NCBI GenBank assembly: GCA_009914755.4
Contig: CP068257.2
Location: 8,480,001-8,544,000, forward strand
From: the human T2T-CHM13v2.0 reference genome, Homo sapiens
Reading direction: 5' to 3'
DNA: 64,000 nucleotides
Shown here: one piece after another, positions 55,395 to 64,000 of the stretch
Position numbering within the stretch: the stretch's first letter is position 1
How the letters are laid out: the number at the start of each line of letters is the position of its first letter
The notes under the pieces: generated by a model
What the model saw: only the letters and a program-made list of their open reading frames with translations
Told to the model about the DNA's origin: nothing
Databases searched by the model: none
Position numbers and translations under genes: made by a program

Positions 55395-56280
55395 CAAATT
55401 TACAAGAAAACAACAAACAACCCCATCTAAAAGTCGGCGAAGGACATGAACAGACACTTCTCAAAAGAAGACATTTATGCAGCCAAAAAACACATGAAAA
55501 AATGCTCATCATCACTGGCCATCAGAGAAATGCAAATCAAAACCACAATGAGATACCATCTCACACCAGTTAGAATGGCAATCATTAAAAAATCAGGAAA
55601 CAACAGGTGCTGGAGAGGATGTGGAGAAATAGGAACAATTTTACACTGTTGGTGGGACTGTAAACTAGTTCAACCATTGTGGAAGTCAGTGGGACGATTC
55701 CTCAGGGATCTAGAACTGGAAATACCATTTGACCCAGCCATCCCCTTACTAGGTATATGCCCAAAGGACTACAAATCATGCTGCTACAAAGACACATGCA
55801 CACGTATGTTTATTGCCGCACTATTCACAATAGCAAAGACTTGGAACCAACCCAAATGTCCAACAATGTTAGACTGGATTAAGAGAATGTGGCATGTGTA
55901 CACCATGGAATACTATGCAGCCATAAAAAATGATGAGTTCATGTCCTTTGTAGGGACATGGATGAAATTGAAAATCATCATTCTCAGTAAACTATCACAG
56001 AACAAAAAACCAAACACCGCATATTCTCACTCATAAGTGGGAATTGAACAATGAGAACACATGGACACAGGAAGGGGAACATCACACTCTGGGGACGGTT
56101 GTGTGGTGGGGGAGGGGGGAAGGATAGCATTGGGAGATATATCTAATGCTAGATGACGAGTTAGTGGGTGCAGCACACCAGCATGGCACATGTATACATA
56201 TGTAACTAACCTGAACAATGTGCACATGTACCCTAAAACTTAAAGGATAATAATAAAAAAATAAAAATAATAAAAAAAAA
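55395..56280 (+). mobile_element. 5'-truncated L1PA-type 3' end (ORF2 C-terminus, 3'UTR, poly(A))
   Basis: caaatttacaagaaaacaacaaacaaccccatctaaaagtcggcgaaggacatgaacagacacttctcaaaagaagacatttatgcagccaaaaaacacatgaaaaaatgctcatc ... gcacatgtaccctaaaacttaaaggataataataaaaaaataaaaataataaaaaaaaa. The alpha monomer resumes at ctagacag immediately after. The TSD is A-rich and ambiguous. Confidence 0.92.
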
Positions 56281-62624
<6,344 letters not shown>

Positions 62625-62771
62625 CTACACAGAAGAATTATGAGAAACTTTTTCATGATGTGTACATTCAACTCACAGCGTTGAACCTATCTTTTTATTG
62701 AACAGTTTTGAAACTCTCTTTTTCTACAATCTGGAAGTGGATATTTGGAGCCCTCTAAGGCCTACGTTGGA
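62625..62771. repeat. Right copy of ~145-bp direct duplication flanking the L1 fragment
   Basis: ctacacagaagaattatgagaaactttttcatgatgtgtacattcaactcacagcgttgaacctatctttttattgaacagttttgaaactctctttttctacaatctggaagtggatatttggagccctctaaggcct, followed by normal continuation acgttggaaaaggaaatatc. Confidence 0.8.
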
Positions 62772-64000
62772 AAAGGAAATATCTTCACATAAAAACTACA
62801 CAAAAGCATTCTGAGAAACTTCTTTGTGATGAGTGCATTCATCACCCAGGGTTGAACCTTTCTTTTGATTGAGCAGTTTTAAAACACTCTTTATGTAGTA
62901 TCTGAAAGTGGATATTTGGAGTGATTTGAGGCCTATTTTGGAAAAGGAAATATCTTCACATAAAATCTACACAGAAGCATTCTGAGAAACTTCTTTGTGA
63001 TATGTGCATTCAGCTCACAGAGTTGAACCTATCTTTTGAGTGAGCAGTTTTGAAACTCTCTTTTTGTAGAATCTGCAAGTGGATATTTGGAGCCCTTTGT
63101 GGCCTATGGTGGAAAAGGAAATATGTTCATAAAAAAACTACACAGAAGGATTCTGAGAAACTTTTTTGTGATGTGTGCATTCATCTCACAGAGTTGAAAC
63201 TTTCTTTTGATTGAGCAGTTTTAAAACCCTCTTTTTGTAGAATCTCCAAGTGGGTATTTGGGGGGCTTTGAGGCCTATTGTGAAAAGGAAATATCTTCAC
63301 ACAAAAAATACACAGAAGCATTCTGAGAAACTACTTTGTGTTATGTGCATTCACCTCACAGAGTTGAACCTTGCTTTTGATTGAGCAGTTTGGAAACACT
63401 CTTTTTGTAGAATCTACAGGTAGATATTTGGAGTGCTTTGACGCCTATTGTGGAAAAGCATGTATCTTCACATAAAAACTACACAGAAGCATTCTGAGAA
63501 ACTTCTTTGTGATGTGTGCATTCAACTCACACAATTGAACCTATCTTTTGATTGAGCAGTTTTGAATCTCTCTTTTTGTAGAATCTGGAATTGGATATTT
63601 GGAGCGCTTTGAGGTCTTTTGTGGAAAATGAAGTATCTTCATCAAAAACTACACAGAATCATTCTGAGATACTTCATTTTGATGTGTGCATTCATCTCAC
63701 AGAGTGGAACCTTTCTTGTGATTCAGCAGTTTTATAACATGCTTTTAGTCGAATATGCAAGTGGATATATGGGGTGCTTTGATGCCTATTGTGGAAAACA
63801 AAATATCTTCACATGAAAACTACACAGAAGCATTCTGAGAAACTGCTTTTTGATGTGGGCATTCTTCTCACAGAGTTGAACCTTTGCTTTGATTGAGCAG
63901 TTTTGAAAAACGCTTTTTGTGGTATCTGCAAGTAGATATTTGGAGCGCTTTGAGGCCAATTGTGGAAAAGGAAATATCTTCACATAAAAACTACACAGAA
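62625..64000 (+). repeat. Alpha satellite, + orientation, C-type monomers (continues past window end)
   Basis: ctacacagaagcattctgagaaacttctttgtgatg...gtggatatttggag monomers with 171-bp period. Confidence 0.95.

Noticed and set aside
55446-56036. 196-aa ORF and 61516-62405 ORFs resembling a conserved protein
   Set aside because: They are the C-terminal end of L1 ORF2 in 5'-truncated L1 3' fragments (...[37 protein letters not shown]...). They are not cellular genes.

Overview
This window is primate (human-type) pericentromeric heterochromatin with no evidence of cellular protein-coding genes, RNA genes or CRISPR arrays. Positions 1-11863 are a Satellite III (HSat3) array whose + strand is the C-rich CATTC/CACTC strand. 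Embedded in it are 22 copies of a ~75-bp module that is an antisense Alu 3'-end relic, already CpG-decayed and amplified with the satellite. At 11862-11864 the HSat3 array abuts alpha satellite directly, with no spacer, and about 52 kb of 171-bp alpha satellite runs from there to the end of the window. The alpha satellite lacks canonical CENP-B boxes, carries pJalpha-type boxes, and is organised in layers of distinct monomer types: C-type, dimeric D-type and M-type. A ~12.9 kb block (21630-34562) is in inverted orientation. At both inversion junctions the same monomer type lies on either side of the breakpoint, so the junctions look like fold-backs rather than a simple inversion. Four retrotransposon insertions interrupt the alpha satellite. 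One is a young full-length AluY (24564-24875) with a 31-nt tail and a 14-bp target-site duplication; a paralogous empty site 2.38 kb away supports it. One is a 3.55-kb L1PA insertion (39453-43001) with the classic twin-priming architecture: an ORF2 segment inverted relative to the 3' end, joined almost seamlessly. Two are 5'-truncated L1PA 3' ends (55395-56280 and 61544-62624). The second of these is flanked by an unusually long (~145-150 bp, ~95% identical) direct duplication of one alpha monomer. All ORFs in the supplied track are either reading-frame artefacts of the satellites or broken L1 ORF2 fragments. I found no novel gene system. The interest here is structural.
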